A stretch of DNA of 45,906 bases from Nitrosopumilus sp. (GCA_965207075.1 CBDBLO010000001.1:1-45906), one strand, 5' to 3'. Positions 19,401 to 27,768 are shown, counted from the stretch's first letter. Program-made: numbers and translations. The notes: a model not told the origin generated them from the letters alone.

Positions 19401-20059
19401 GTGAGATTCTCAAGAAACAACTGATCCTCATAATATGATTTCTGCGCCAGGTTGTGCTGGCTCGTCGCGGCGTAATAAACCGGGACAAAGTCGCCCGAGT
19501 CGGTGACTGGCGCCACGATCCGCCCGCCCAGAGTCCCCCTCAGATCCACGATTTCTGCCTCCAACGCCGTTATTTTCAGCGAGAGGCCCTCTATGATACC
19601 TGTCAGACTCTCGATGATGCTGGCCAGTGCAGTGGCATCAGACGGCGGGGCTGTCTGGGCCTTGGGCGAGACCGTGACAATCTGCGAGGGTACCGAATTC
19701 CCGGCGTTATTGACGGCCAGCACGGCGAACTGGTACGTGGTGCCCGGCTCAAGGCCGCTTACGGTGTAGGAGGTGCCGGCGCGGCCGGTGTCGGAGACCA
19801 GCACGGTGAGTATGGACTCGGTCGCGGTGTTCCTGGAGAGTATCTTGTACCCGGTTATGGTGCTGTCGCCGGGGTTATCCCAGGTCAGCGTGACGGTGCT
19901 TGAGGTGGACGTGGCCGCAAGGTTTGAGGGGCGCGCGGGGTTTTCCAAACTTTGGGCATGCGCCGGGATTGCCAAGGCGGCGCCCGCAACGGCGCAGAAT
20001 GCCACTGCCACCACCGCCGCCACCATGACCTTCCGCGCTGCACGCAACGCGCTTGTCAC
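16439..20059 (-). CDS. Chimeric secreted protein C: FN3 + inactive DUF4344-like domain + 2 DUF5011-like domains + SlaA internal repeat stalk
   Basis: First ~420 aa parallel gene D but with SELGR in place of HELGH. From DPVIRL (18796) onward it parallels slaA-B 12676-10345. Ends at an in-frame TAG where slaA-A has TCG. Confidence 0.85.
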   Translation of the reverse strand: MTSALRAARKVMVAAVVAVAFCAVAGAALAIPAHAQSLENPARPSNLAATSTSSTVTLTWDNPGDSTITGYKILSRNTATESILTVLVSDTGRAGTSYTVSGLEPGTTYQFAVLAVNNAGNSVPSQIVTVSPKAQTAPPSDATALASIIESLTGIIEGLSLKITALEAEIVDLRGTLGGRIVAPVTDSGDFVPVYYAATSQHNLAQKSYYEDQLFLENLTGRLTQTLALPYDVYLTMDECGEPEAVYYPYYARIVLCYEFVTFLEGRLAPYYGTNAELSRGVSDFVTWVMLSELGRALIDVYDLPVTGNEEDAVDQFATVIALEYIPPDQAGNVLSSTLRAWSLGQNDVSLPEPHLVGSDPLASHRLHKVACWIYGSDVHAFSNFVDSGLLTEARAGQCPSEYERMSESWYRLAGQFLIKGDPVIRLNGAPEVGLNVGDPYTEAGATCTDAEDGTLEVVQTSADPDTTRAGTYTLEYSCTDAAGNTATATRVVTVGDPAAPDTDDPVITVNPGTDTITAGGQWTDAGATCVDARDGTLPVTTTGIVDNTRAGTYTITYACEDNAGNSATETRTVTVNARQATISLNVVPGDWDNGVLELAISGTTVNVTDGDVTVTSDTIPNFGEYGVPVTDNVISGTIPFANVTVSGTHTFTATSSDGATTGSDTANIPPAIFLASVIPIGSWIDADTDNDPASTNDYITLRVAGTESVSGAVTLSVLDEDGELDTAALNVVVQFDANNQARINITNTAIQGSTQFVLTTTYAGVTAASNSWTASMPVLLTLDGVTVGEWDGGGNLALEITGSRQAIVPAIDDSIDVNILGTDTTVGTVSGYSDGVVNGTVTLGSDDLSLSGTTVQFVLVEDTGAPGTIFTSNPLSRPIPPILANLQVATAGSNAGQWNGGQFEVRVTGLSSGISEATEIDLQANDGDGWETVVPYSSTGLRILSGGDIRATVSITDISLYGHTVFRLVTGTDRGNGYANDAASSNSTALRIPHVLASLPTVTPVGDWTAGGELAINVRGASGLDASGTSLQLQAVKDNAFDDVGGAFTGALAGGNIDYSAILSDVSLSGTTTAFKLVATETTGSTVAESGNRTVSIPAALTLTDVSFGNAGWTNTTADNHRLNLFVTGNGKLAAGAMLQVSSNDGETWTDVGPASTAAGDISDAVVALTDTTLAGKSVQFRLDADSGANTAVSAPVSRVVPALP

Positions 20060-20399
20060 TCAGTTATTGATATAAAAACATACATCGGCAGACCGGCGCC
20101 GGATTCGGATCCGCGGGACGTCGCTCCGATTTACGCGCCGGCCTCAGCTGGCAGATCATTTTTGCGCGCGTTCCAACCTTGCCCAAGCCCTTTGACCTGG
20201 CCGGGAGATGCCGGGGCGCCCGCATATGCGGTCCCCGATCCGGATTAACCGCGGCCGGCGGGCAAAACTGCCCCCGGCTCCGGACGCGCACTGCACGTCG
20301 GACTGCGGGGCGCCTCTTGCGGGCCTTGGGCTCCCGTCGGCCAACGGCCGTGCAGCCAGGCCCACAATGTTTTAGAGCACCGCGCCGTACAGGCGCGTA

Positions 20400-21140
20400 A
20401 TGGATCTCTTTCTGGACATCGAGACCGCGCCGGACATGACCGCATCAGAGTACGCGGACGCGGCCGAGCGCATGGGGCAGGGCACACTCACGAAACAGTC
20501 GGATCCCAGCACGTACTGGAAGGCGAGGAAGGGGGCCCTCAACGCGGAGGACGGCAAGGTCATACTGATTACATACCGGCTCGGCAAGCACGGCCCCGTG
20601 CGCCGCCTCGCGGAGTGGGAGTCGGACGAAAAAACCATACTCGCTAAATTTTACGGGACGCTCTCAAGGTTCCAGAGGATCAGGGGCTTCCGGATCATAG
20701 GGCACAACCTGACCCGGTTCGACCTGCCGTTCCTGTACGCCAGGATGCTGCACCACAGCATAGACGGCGAACGCGAGGTATACCGCAGGCTGGTGGAGGG
20801 GGTGGTGGTATGCGACACGCTGCAGATGCATTTGCCGCTCAACGACTATGACATAGCTGGGCTCAGGCACGACACGCTGATGCACGCGTACGGGCTGCCC
20901 GTCAAGGGGACCTCCGGGGGCGACGAGATACGGCACTACTTTGACGGCGAGTACGAAAAGATACTAGAGTACTCGGAGAGGGAGTTCCTATACGCCGAGC
21001 TGTTCGCGCGCATGAGGGAGGGGGGCATGGTGTCAGCCGAGAGGCTGAAGGGCGCCGTGGAGGAGATGCAAAGGAAGAGGCAGCAACAAAACGGGGGGGA
21101 GAATGGTACGCAGGACGCGGACGGCAGTCCCGGTGCTTGA
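20400..21140 (+). CDS. PolB-like 3'-5' exonuclease (RNase H-like fold)
   Basis: ExoI LFLDIETAP, ExoII IIGHNLTRFDLPFL, ExoIII-like ILEYSERE. Confidence 0.75.
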   Translation: MDLFLDIETAPDMTASEYADAAERMGQGTLTKQSDPSTYWKARKGALNAEDGKVILITYRLGKHGPVRRLAEWESDEKTILAKFYGTLSRFQRIRGFRIIGHNLTRFDLPFLYARMLHHSIDGEREVYRRLVEGVVVCDTLQMHLPLNDYDIAGLRHDTLMHAYGLPVKGTSGGDEIRHYFDGEYEKILEYSEREFLYAELFARMREGGMVSAERLKGAVEEMQRKRQQQNGGENGTQDADGSPGA

Positions 21141-21257
21141 CGATTGCGGCCTGCAATCTGAATACAGTACAGGCAGCGGCACAAACAACAACGGCGGCGG
21201 CTACTGCCATGCGGGCGGCCGCAAAGACTTTTTTTGACCGCATGTCGGCGTGGCACC

Positions 21258-22136
21258 ATGTGGCGCACCCCCACGGGAACGCAGAAAAAGCCGTCTGACG
21301 CGCACGCCGAAAACATCGCAAGGAACCCGGACGACTACCGCGTGCTGGAAAAGGTCCCCCTGCGTTATGACGACGTCCCGATAAGGTTTGCAGAGCCTCA
21401 TGATGACGACACCACCGTCGTTATCGTGGACTTTGAGACCACGGGGCTCAGCCACGACGCGGACAAGGTCATAGAGATCGGCATGGTGCGGTGCCGCTAC
21501 GACTCCGAGGGAAGGCTCGCGGGGATAGACGAGGCACTTGACATGTTCGAGGATCCCGGCGAGCCCATATCCGACAGCATAACCGAGCTGACCGGGATAA
21601 CGGACGACATGGTGCGGGGCAAACGCATAGATACAGACAGGGTGCGCGACATGATCCGCGGCGATCCCGTAATGGCGGCCCACAACGCAAAGTTCGACCG
21701 CCCGTTCTTTGACCGCATCGCACCAAACGACCACAGGTGGAAGTGCACCATGGAAGAGATACCGTGGTGGGGGCTGGGACACGGCACGCGGGGGCTGGGC
21801 GAGCTCCTGATGCGCGAGGGGTGGTTCTTTGACCACCACAGGGCGTACGCGGACTGCCTTGCGACGGCGTGGCTCCTAAGCGTGGTGCCGGGCAGCCTGA
21901 ACCTCATGCTGGAGCCGTCCGTAAGGGTGGTCGCCCACGGCAACAGCTTTGACGTCAAGGACGAGCTAAAGGGCCGGGGATACAAGTGGAACCAGACGGA
22001 GAGATACTGGTGGACCAGCACCAAGGATGGCGCGAATGAAGAGCTGGAGTACCTGCGCAACCTGTACCCGGACGGCTACAAGGCCAAGGCGACGGAGATC
22101 GACCCGCGCACGGCGTACAAGCTGCCAAGCGGCTGA
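21258..22136 (+). CDS. DnaQ/Pol III epsilon-like DEDDh 3'-5' exonuclease
   Basis: VIVDFETTGL, LTGITDDMV, AHNAKFDRPF, HHRAYADC, C-terminal FDVKDELKGRGYKWN. Start uncertain (21234 or 21258). Confidence 0.85.
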   Translation: MWRTPTGTQKKPSDAHAENIARNPDDYRVLEKVPLRYDDVPIRFAEPHDDDTTVVIVDFETTGLSHDADKVIEIGMVRCRYDSEGRLAGIDEALDMFEDPGEPISDSITELTGITDDMVRGKRIDTDRVRDMIRGDPVMAAHNAKFDRPFFDRIAPNDHRWKCTMEEIPWWGLGHGTRGLGELLMREGWFFDHHRAYADCLATAWLLSVVPGSLNLMLEPSVRVVAHGNSFDVKDELKGRGYKWNQTERYWWTSTKDGANEELEYLRNLYPDGYKAKATEIDPRTAYKLPSG

Positions 22137-22171
22137 CCCCGGGGACGTCCGGCGCACCCGTGGCCGGGGGA

Positions 22172-22423
22172 TCACGCGCCAGCCCTGTCCCTTAATTCGC
22201 GCAACTTTGCAGCGGTATCGGCATTGTCGGCCTCGTGCTTGGATATCTGATCCCTGTACGCGGAAATCTCGGCCCTGATGCCGTCTATCTCCGACGCGTT
22301 TGCGGAGTTCGCCTCCCTGTGCAGAAGGGCGTCGCATAGTCCCAGAAGACGCTCTATCTCATGGTCATTATGCTTCTGGCATTCTTCCAACGCGCGTATG
22401 TCGTTGTCAATCCCTGGAATCAT
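22172..22423 (-). CDS. Small coiled-coil hypothetical protein (83 aa)
   Basis: MIPGIDNDIRALEE...; heptad pattern; GAGGAG lies about 8 nt before the ATG; overlaps the stop of the upstream small ORF. Confidence 0.55.
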   Translation of the reverse strand: MIPGIDNDIRALEECQKHNDHEIERLLGLCDALLHREANSANASEIDGIRAEISAYRDQISKHEADNADTAAKLRELRDRAGA

Positions 22424-22547
22424 TTGACCGCTCCTCGTATGATTCCGCAAGGCGCCTTGCCATCTCGGCCAGTTCAGTGTGTCCCATCTTTTCCGCAAGA
22501 TCCCCGACCTTGCGGCATCTGTTGATTTCAAGGGCATAGTTTGCCAT
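22407..22547 (-). CDS. Small helical hypothetical protein (46 aa)
   Basis: MANYALEINRCRKVGDLAEKMGHTELAEMARRLAESYEE...; TTTTTAT about 24 nt upstream. Confidence 0.45.
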   Translation of the reverse strand: MANYALEINRCRKVGDLAEKMGHTELAEMARRLAESYEERSNDSRD

Positions 22548-22882
22548 GCCGTATGTCGCGTCGTTCGGCATAAAAATATTGCCGCAGGCGGGAGGCCGAA
22601 TGCATGCAAATCTCTCTGTGAGGCCCACCATGCCGCACGACCCCTTACGCACCATGATCCCCAGAGATCTAGCAGTTGATGGGGCGATCCGAGCTGCGGT
22701 GTCGGTGGGACATTGATCCCCCCCGACAAACGGCTGCAGCTTCCATCGTCCACTGTCCGCCCACGCTTCCATTCCGGGCCCAGGTTGGGCCGCATGAGTT
22801 GCGCAACCGGCACCATAGAAAACCATAATCGTCAGGTATTTCTTTATGTGTTTTATGACACAATCCTGCAGAAGGCCCGACG

Positions 22883-23554
22883 CTATGCGGCAAACCGGGA
22901 GGCGTCCATCACGTTGAGCGCCAGAAGCGACAGGCCTCCGTCGGGCTCCCTTCGGAACACGTTGAGCGCGGCGTTCGCGATCTCGGCGCGCAACAGCCGC
23001 TCGGGCGATATCCCGGCTATCTCGCCGAGCATGGCCTTTATCGGGTCCATGTGCGTGACGAGCACGGCGTTTCCGTTATCATCATCATTACTATCGGCGC
23101 CGCCCCCGCTGCCCGCAGCGGCATCACCGCCGCCCGACACCACTTCGGACACTATCTCGGTGACGCGCCTCCTGACCTGCTCGAAGGTCTCCACCCCCTT
23201 GTGCGCGATCTCGACGTCCCCCCCGTAGAACTTTGCGAATATGTCGTCGTGGCCCGACACCACCTCCTCAAACGTCATGCCGGTGAACTTGCCCATGTCG
23301 ATCTCCGTCAGCCTCTCGTCGACTGTAACCGGTACCCCGCACTCCTCGGATATCATCCGCGCCGTCTCGGCGGCCCTCTTAATCGGGCTCGAGTATATCG
23401 CAGACACGCCTGCCGACGCGAGCATCTTGGCCGCGTGCCCCGCCTGCCTCACGCCCTCCGGCGTCAGCGGGACGCCGTCCATGCGGCCTGCAAGCACCCT
23501 CTCCACGTTGTTCCGGGCCTGCCCGTGCCGGACCATTATGACGTGCCGCACCAA
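22883..23554 (-). CDS. Histidine phosphatase / phosphoglycerate mutase family
   Basis: VRHGQ, LTPEGVRQA, YSSPIKRAAETA, LTEIDMG, LVTH. Confidence 0.9.
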   Translation of the reverse strand: MVRHVIMVRHGQARNNVERVLAGRMDGVPLTPEGVRQAGHAAKMLASAGVSAIYSSPIKRAAETARMISEECGVPVTVDERLTEIDMGKFTGMTFEEVVSGHDDIFAKFYGGDVEIAHKGVETFEQVRRRVTEIVSEVVSGGGDAAAGSGGGADSNDDDNGNAVLVTHMDPIKAMLGEIAGISPERLLRAEIANAALNVFRREPDGGLSLLALNVMDASRFAA

Positions 23555-23606
23555 GGTATCCGCGCCTCGAATAGAGATAATAATAAGTCATATGTTTTCC
23601 CGTTGG

Positions 23607-24287
23607 ATGGCCAAGACCGTCGGAATCATAGGGGGCACCGGGGGGATGGGCAAGGGGTTTGCCATCAGATGGGCCCAGAACCATCCCATACTGGTGGGCT
23701 CGAGGGACGCGGCAAGGGCCGCGGACGCGGCCGCGGCGTACCAGAAGGAGGCCGACGCCATATACGGCACGCAGACCAGCATAACCGGCGGCGCCAACCC
23801 CGAGGTGGCCGAGAACAGCGACATTTTGATACTCTCCATACCGTACGGCAACATCGGCGCCACGTGCCCGGGGATACTCTCGCGCGTCAGGGATGGCTGC
23901 ACGGTGGTGTCGCCCATAGTCCCCATGGAGAAGACCGACACGGGGTTCGAGTTCATACCGATCAGGGACAGCGGCGCAAAGACGTCGCACGAGTCCGTCG
24001 CCGCCCACATGAAAGACGGCGGCAGGAGCCTGGTCTCGGCGTTCCACGTGATATCCGAAAAAAAGCTTGCAAACCCCTCAGTTACGCTAGACTATGACAT
24101 ATTCGTGTGCGGCGACGACGAGCGGGCCACGGGCGAGATATGCGGGTTCATATCGGAGATAGAGGGGCTGCGGCCCATACTGCTGGGCCCCGGCAAGCTT
24201 GCATACATGGCCGAGATCGCCACCCCGCTTTTGCTCAACGCCATGATACGCAACAAGATGAGAAACCCCGGCATAAAGCTGGTATGA
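23607..24287 (+). CDS. npdG: F420-dependent NADP oxidoreductase
   Basis: GIIGGTGGMGKG, VGSRDAARA, ILSIPY, VSAFH, VCGDD. Start re-set to ATG 23607. Confidence 0.85.
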   Translation: MAKTVGIIGGTGGMGKGFAIRWAQNHPILVGSRDAARAADAAAAYQKEADAIYGTQTSITGGANPEVAENSDILILSIPYGNIGATCPGILSRVRDGCTVVSPIVPMEKTDTGFEFIPIRDSGAKTSHESVAAHMKDGGRSLVSAFHVISEKKLANPSVTLDYDIFVCGDDERATGEICGFISEIEGLRPILLGPGKLAYMAEIATPLLLNAMIRNKMRNPGIKLV

Positions 24288-24327
24288 CCAGCGGCACGGC
24301 GCAGAGAAGCTGGCACGACAAGATGAT

Positions 24328-24615
24328 ATGGCGCATGACGATGTCGGGATCATCATGAGCGGGGGCGGGGGCGGCGAGTACAGGCGCAGGGGCAGAAACT
24401 GGTATACGGCAGTCGGGGCGCTGTTCGTCATAATGGCGTGCATAGTGCTGGTGCAGCAGCTGCTGGTGTGGGGCCCCGAGTTCGTGTCGGACTTTCTGAC
24501 AAACGCCGAGGTGACCAACGAGAAGGTGTCGGCCGGCATGCTCGGGTTCGGCGCCTTTATGATCGCGATGGGATTCAGGCGCAACGCGCCCACAAGGGGG
24601 CCCGGCACGCAGTGA
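24328..24615 (+). CDS. Small two-TM membrane protein
   Basis: Two hydrophobic segments; stop overlaps the next start (GTGA). Confidence 0.65.
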   Translation: MAHDDVGIIMSGGGGGEYRRRGRNWYTAVGALFVIMACIVLVQQLLVWGPEFVSDFLTNAEVTNEKVSAGMLGFGAFMIAMGFRRNAPTRGPGTQ

Positions 24616-25025
24616 CTGTACAGCACACCAGGGAGCAGGTGGAGCGGTTCCTCAAAGAGCAGCAGACGATGCGCCTTGCCACCGTACGCGGGGACGGAAC
24701 GCCGCACGTGGTGCCGGTGTGGTACATGTACGAAAACGGGGCCTTTTACGTCGGCACCCACACCAGGACCGCAAAGGCCAAGAACGTGGAGAGGACGGGC
24801 AGGGCCGCGTTCTGCGTCGACGTCGGGGTGCACTCCCCGGACATATTCGGGGTGTCCGGACACGGCAGAGCCTCGCTTCTCAGGGACGGCGTTGCGGCCA
24901 TCGCGTCCAGGATACTATCCAGATACTATGACACCATGGACGACCCGGCCGCGCAGGAGCTGCTGGCCGACACCGACTGTATAATACGCATCACGCCGGA
25001 CAGCATGACTAGCTGGAGCTACTGA
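24612..25025 (+). CDS. Pyridoxamine 5'-phosphate oxidase family (possibly F420-binding)
   Basis: RLATVRGDGTPHVVPVWY...KAKNV...AAFCVD; GTG start at 24612. Confidence 0.85.
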   Translation: MTVQHTREQVERFLKEQQTMRLATVRGDGTPHVVPVWYMYENGAFYVGTHTRTAKAKNVERTGRAAFCVDVGVHSPDIFGVSGHGRASLLRDGVAAIASRILSRYYDTMDDPAAQELLADTDCIIRITPDSMTSWSY

Positions 25026-26223
25026 CCATGAAATCCTCGAGCTTTGACATGGCCGACTCCAGCACCGGGATGTCGGGCAGGTACACTATGCGGAAGTGCC
25101 CCGAGCCGTACCGCTCGCCGAACCCCGAGCCGTGGACCGTGAGCACGCCCTTTCTCTCAAGCAGCGACATGACAAAGCTCTTGTCGCCGCCGAACCTTTT
25201 GGCGCAGTCCTCTATCTTCGGGAACGCGTAGAACGCGCCCCTCGGCATGGCGCACGATATGCCGGGAATCTCGTTGAGCCTCGGGATGATATAGTCGCGG
25301 CGCCTGCGCACCTCGGATACGAACCTGCCGATATAGTCCTGCGGCCCGCGCAGCGACTCGAGCGCGGCGTGCTGGAACGGCAGGTTCGTGGTTATGCGCA
25401 CCCTTGCAAGCTTTGGCAGGTTCTCCCGGATGCCGTCGAGGCGCGGCGACGCGCCGTTGAACGCAACGTACCCCATGCGCCACCCGGTCATCAGGTGCAC
25501 CTTTGAGAAGCCGTTGAGTATTATGACGGGCGCCGTGCCGGCCACCGCGCCCACCCCGGCGAACCGGCGGCCGCCGTTGTCGCCGTCGTCGTCAAACGTG
25601 ATATGGTCGTATATCTCGTCGCATATCAGGTACAGGTCGTGCTCCTCTGCGATGCGGACCATCTCGGCGAGGCTCTTTTCGTCAAACACGACGCCGCTGG
25701 GGTTGTTGGGGCTTATCAGGCAGATGGCGACCGTCCTCGGCGTGATCTTGGACCTGATGTCCTCCATGTCGACGGATGACTCCTCGAGGTTCATTGCAAA
25801 CTCCACCGGCGTGCCGCCGCGCAGCCGCACGTAGGACGCGTACGGGGGATAGTAGGGGCCGGGCAGCAGCACCTCGTCGCCCTCCTCTACTATGGACGAT
25901 ATCACCATGTCGAGCGCCTCCGAGACGCCGTTTGTCACCACCACGTCGTCGGCGGACACGGACAGCCCCTTTGCGGACTCCTTTTTTGCGATGGCCTCCC
26001 GCAGCTCCGGCAGGCCCTCCGACGGGGCGTAATAGTTCTCGCCCCTATTTACGGCGTCGATGAGCGCCTGCCTGACGTTGTCCGGCGGCTGGAACCCGAA
26101 CTGCACGGGGTCGCCGATGTTCAGGTAGTCTATTGAAACGCCGCGCCGCTGCACGCCGCGCGCAGCCTGCACTATATCCCTGATGGCGTACTCCACGCCG
26201 GCCACCCTCTTCGATACCTTCAA
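25009..26223 (-). CDS. Class I/II PLP aminotransferase (Ala/Asp type)
   Basis: LNIGDP, GLPELREAIA, SPNNPSG, DEIYD, GFSKVHLMTGWRMGY, GAFYAFP. Confidence 0.92.
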   Translation of the reverse strand: MKVSKRVAGVEYAIRDIVQAARGVQRRGVSIDYLNIGDPVQFGFQPPDNVRQALIDAVNRGENYYAPSEGLPELREAIAKKESAKGLSVSADDVVVTNGVSEALDMVISSIVEEGDEVLLPGPYYPPYASYVRLRGGTPVEFAMNLEESSVDMEDIRSKITPRTVAICLISPNNPSGVVFDEKSLAEMVRIAEEHDLYLICDEIYDHITFDDDGDNGGRRFAGVGAVAGTAPVIILNGFSKVHLMTGWRMGYVAFNGASPRLDGIRENLPKLARVRITTNLPFQHAALESLRGPQDYIGRFVSEVRRRRDYIIPRLNEIPGISCAMPRGAFYAFPKIEDCAKRFGGDKSFVMSLLERKGVLTVHGSGFGERYGSGHFRIVYLPDIPVLESAMSKLEDFMVSSSS

Positions 26224-26266
26224 GGCGCTAGGCAGGTATTTAGACGTCTAAAAGCCTTATCTTTTC

Positions 26267-26341
26267 GGACTCGTAGCACAGTCTGGATAGTGCGGGCGGC
26301 TTCGGACCGCCAGGTCGAGGGATCGAAGCCCTCCGAGCCCT
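26267..26341 (+). tRNA. tRNA-Arg (anticodon TCG)
   Basis: Cloverleaf: acceptor GGACTCG/CGAGCCC (one A-C mismatch), D stem GCAC/GTGC, anticodon stem GGCGG/CCGCC with loop CTTCGGA, T stem GAGGG/CCCTC. Confidence 0.92.
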
Positions 26342-26391
26342 CCTCCTCCTCCTCTTCTTCTTAATTCAGGGGCAAGGTACCCATTTGCGCA

Positions 26392-27177
26392 TCACGCCGC
26401 CCCGCCGAGATCATGGCTGAGCACCAAGATCTCCCTAGAGCTCTTGTTGCTGGACATGCCGTACTTCCACTCGGGCCTGACTATATCATAACCCGAATAG
26501 AGCGACAGTATCTCAGGCGTGTCGTTATATGACAGGATCCATCCGTCGCGGCCGTGGAGGATCCCGGCCAGTCCCTCGTGGTCGAACCCGTTCTGCATGT
26601 CCCCCCTGCGGCCATATAGTCCGGTGCCCCCCAGCAGGTACGGCGGGTCAAGATAGAGCAGGGCGTCACCCGCCCCCGCTATGGAGTCCTCAAAGCCCAT
26701 GCAGTCCACCGAAAAGTTCTTCACGCGAAAGCGCTCCAGCCTCTCTATCGAGGACTCGGTAAAGCGCGGGTGCCCCGGCGACATCCCGCCTGAAAGCGTG
26801 GTTCCTGAAAACGACGCCCTGTTCAGGGCAAAGTATATCGCGGCCCTCCGGTACGAGGGGCGAGAACCGTGCTGGCCCTCCTGCAGTTCGTAAAAGTCGG
26901 ACCTCCCTAGCGGGTGGTACTGCCTTGCGATATCCGCCAGCTTTTTGGGGTTTTTCAACAGGCACCTCCAAAAGTTGACAAGCGGCTCGAATATGTCGTA
27001 CCCGCGGACCGCGATGCCCGTCGACGCGCACGCTATCTCCAGCGAACCGCCCCCCAGGAACGGCGAGACCATCCTTTTCGTGCCCTCTGGTATGTGCTTG
27101 GAGATCTCGGGTACGCCCCTGGACTTGCCGCCGCAGTACCTGAGGGGCGAGCGCGGCCGTGCGGACTCCAGAGTCAT
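26392..27177 (-). CDS. Dam-family (D12 class) DNA adenine methyltransferase, no cognate nuclease seen
   Basis: SPLRYCGGKSR, SPFLGGGS, YFALNRASFSG, LYLDPPY, WILSYND. Start re-set to ATG 27177. Confidence 0.9.
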   Translation of the reverse strand: MTLESARPRSPLRYCGGKSRGVPEISKHIPEGTKRMVSPFLGGGSLEIACASTGIAVRGYDIFEPLVNFWRCLLKNPKKLADIARQYHPLGRSDFYELQEGQHGSRPSYRRAAIYFALNRASFSGTTLSGGMSPGHPRFTESSIERLERFRVKNFSVDCMGFEDSIAGAGDALLYLDPPYLLGGTGLYGRRGDMQNGFDHEGLAGILHGRDGWILSYNDTPEILSLYSGYDIVRPEWKYGMSSNKSSREILVLSHDLGGAA

Positions 27178-27423
27178 GAACGCATGCACCGCCGGCCGGA
27201 GGCGCGGGCCTGGGGCGATATGCCTCTTTCCATACGCGTGCGATCCACATGATTGAAACCAGGGCAGCTCAAATATGCCTATTGCCGAGATGGCCATGGC
27301 GCGCATCAATCGGGCAGCACGGGTGCATGCAGCCCCAGTCTCGGCCCTCGTCTCGCCCGTTCCTTCCACAGATCCAAGCAGTCGGGATGTATCATCCCGC
27401 GTGCAACCTTATTCTTAAGGTGT

Positions 27424-27636
27424 TCAGACCTGTACGTCTACAGTTTCCTCATGAGTGGGAAACGGAGTTGGTTCTCCATGCTTTTTAAGATCAGCAATGT
27501 ATCCGGAAATTGCATCCTTGATGTTTTCCAAGGCTGCGTCTCTTGTGCTTCCTTGCGATATGCACCCTGGGAGTTCCGGAACTTTGGATGTGAATGCCCC
27601 GTCCTCGTCTTGTTGTACAAGTACTCGAAATTTCAT
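27424..27636 (-). CDS. hicB: HicB-family antitoxin (no adjacent hicA seen)
   Basis: DEDG...VPELPGCISQGSTRDAALENIKDAI...GEP. Confidence 0.88.
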   Translation of the reverse strand: MKFRVLVQQDEDGAFTSKVPELPGCISQGSTRDAALENIKDAISGYIADLKKHGEPTPFPTHEETVDVQV

Positions 27637-27768
27637 ACCTGCGCCATAGTTGCAACATCCGTTATAAAAATACGCTACGGTTAACTCTGTTTCCTAATTC
27701 CACTATGTATGCAGGCCAAACCCCCCGTCAGACGACGACACGGCCGTCATACAGCAGGACATCCCGCC

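Noticed and set aside
198-19903. Many long antisense ORFs rich in Ser/Val/Pro within the slaA, transposase and peptidase genes
   Set aside because: Shadow frames of GC-rich, codon-biased genes with no recognisable motifs.
1-20059. Diversity-generating retroelement or site-specific shufflon behind slaA variation
   Set aside because: No reverse transcriptase or Tyr/Ser recombinase is in the window, differences are not adenine-specific, and no short repeated crossover sites were found.
23241-23606. Long upstream extensions of npdG (also Dam 27178-27369, PGI 29986-30102, PPOX 24438-24611)
   Set aside because: They overlap other genes or promoters, and family motifs begin at the downstream starts chosen.
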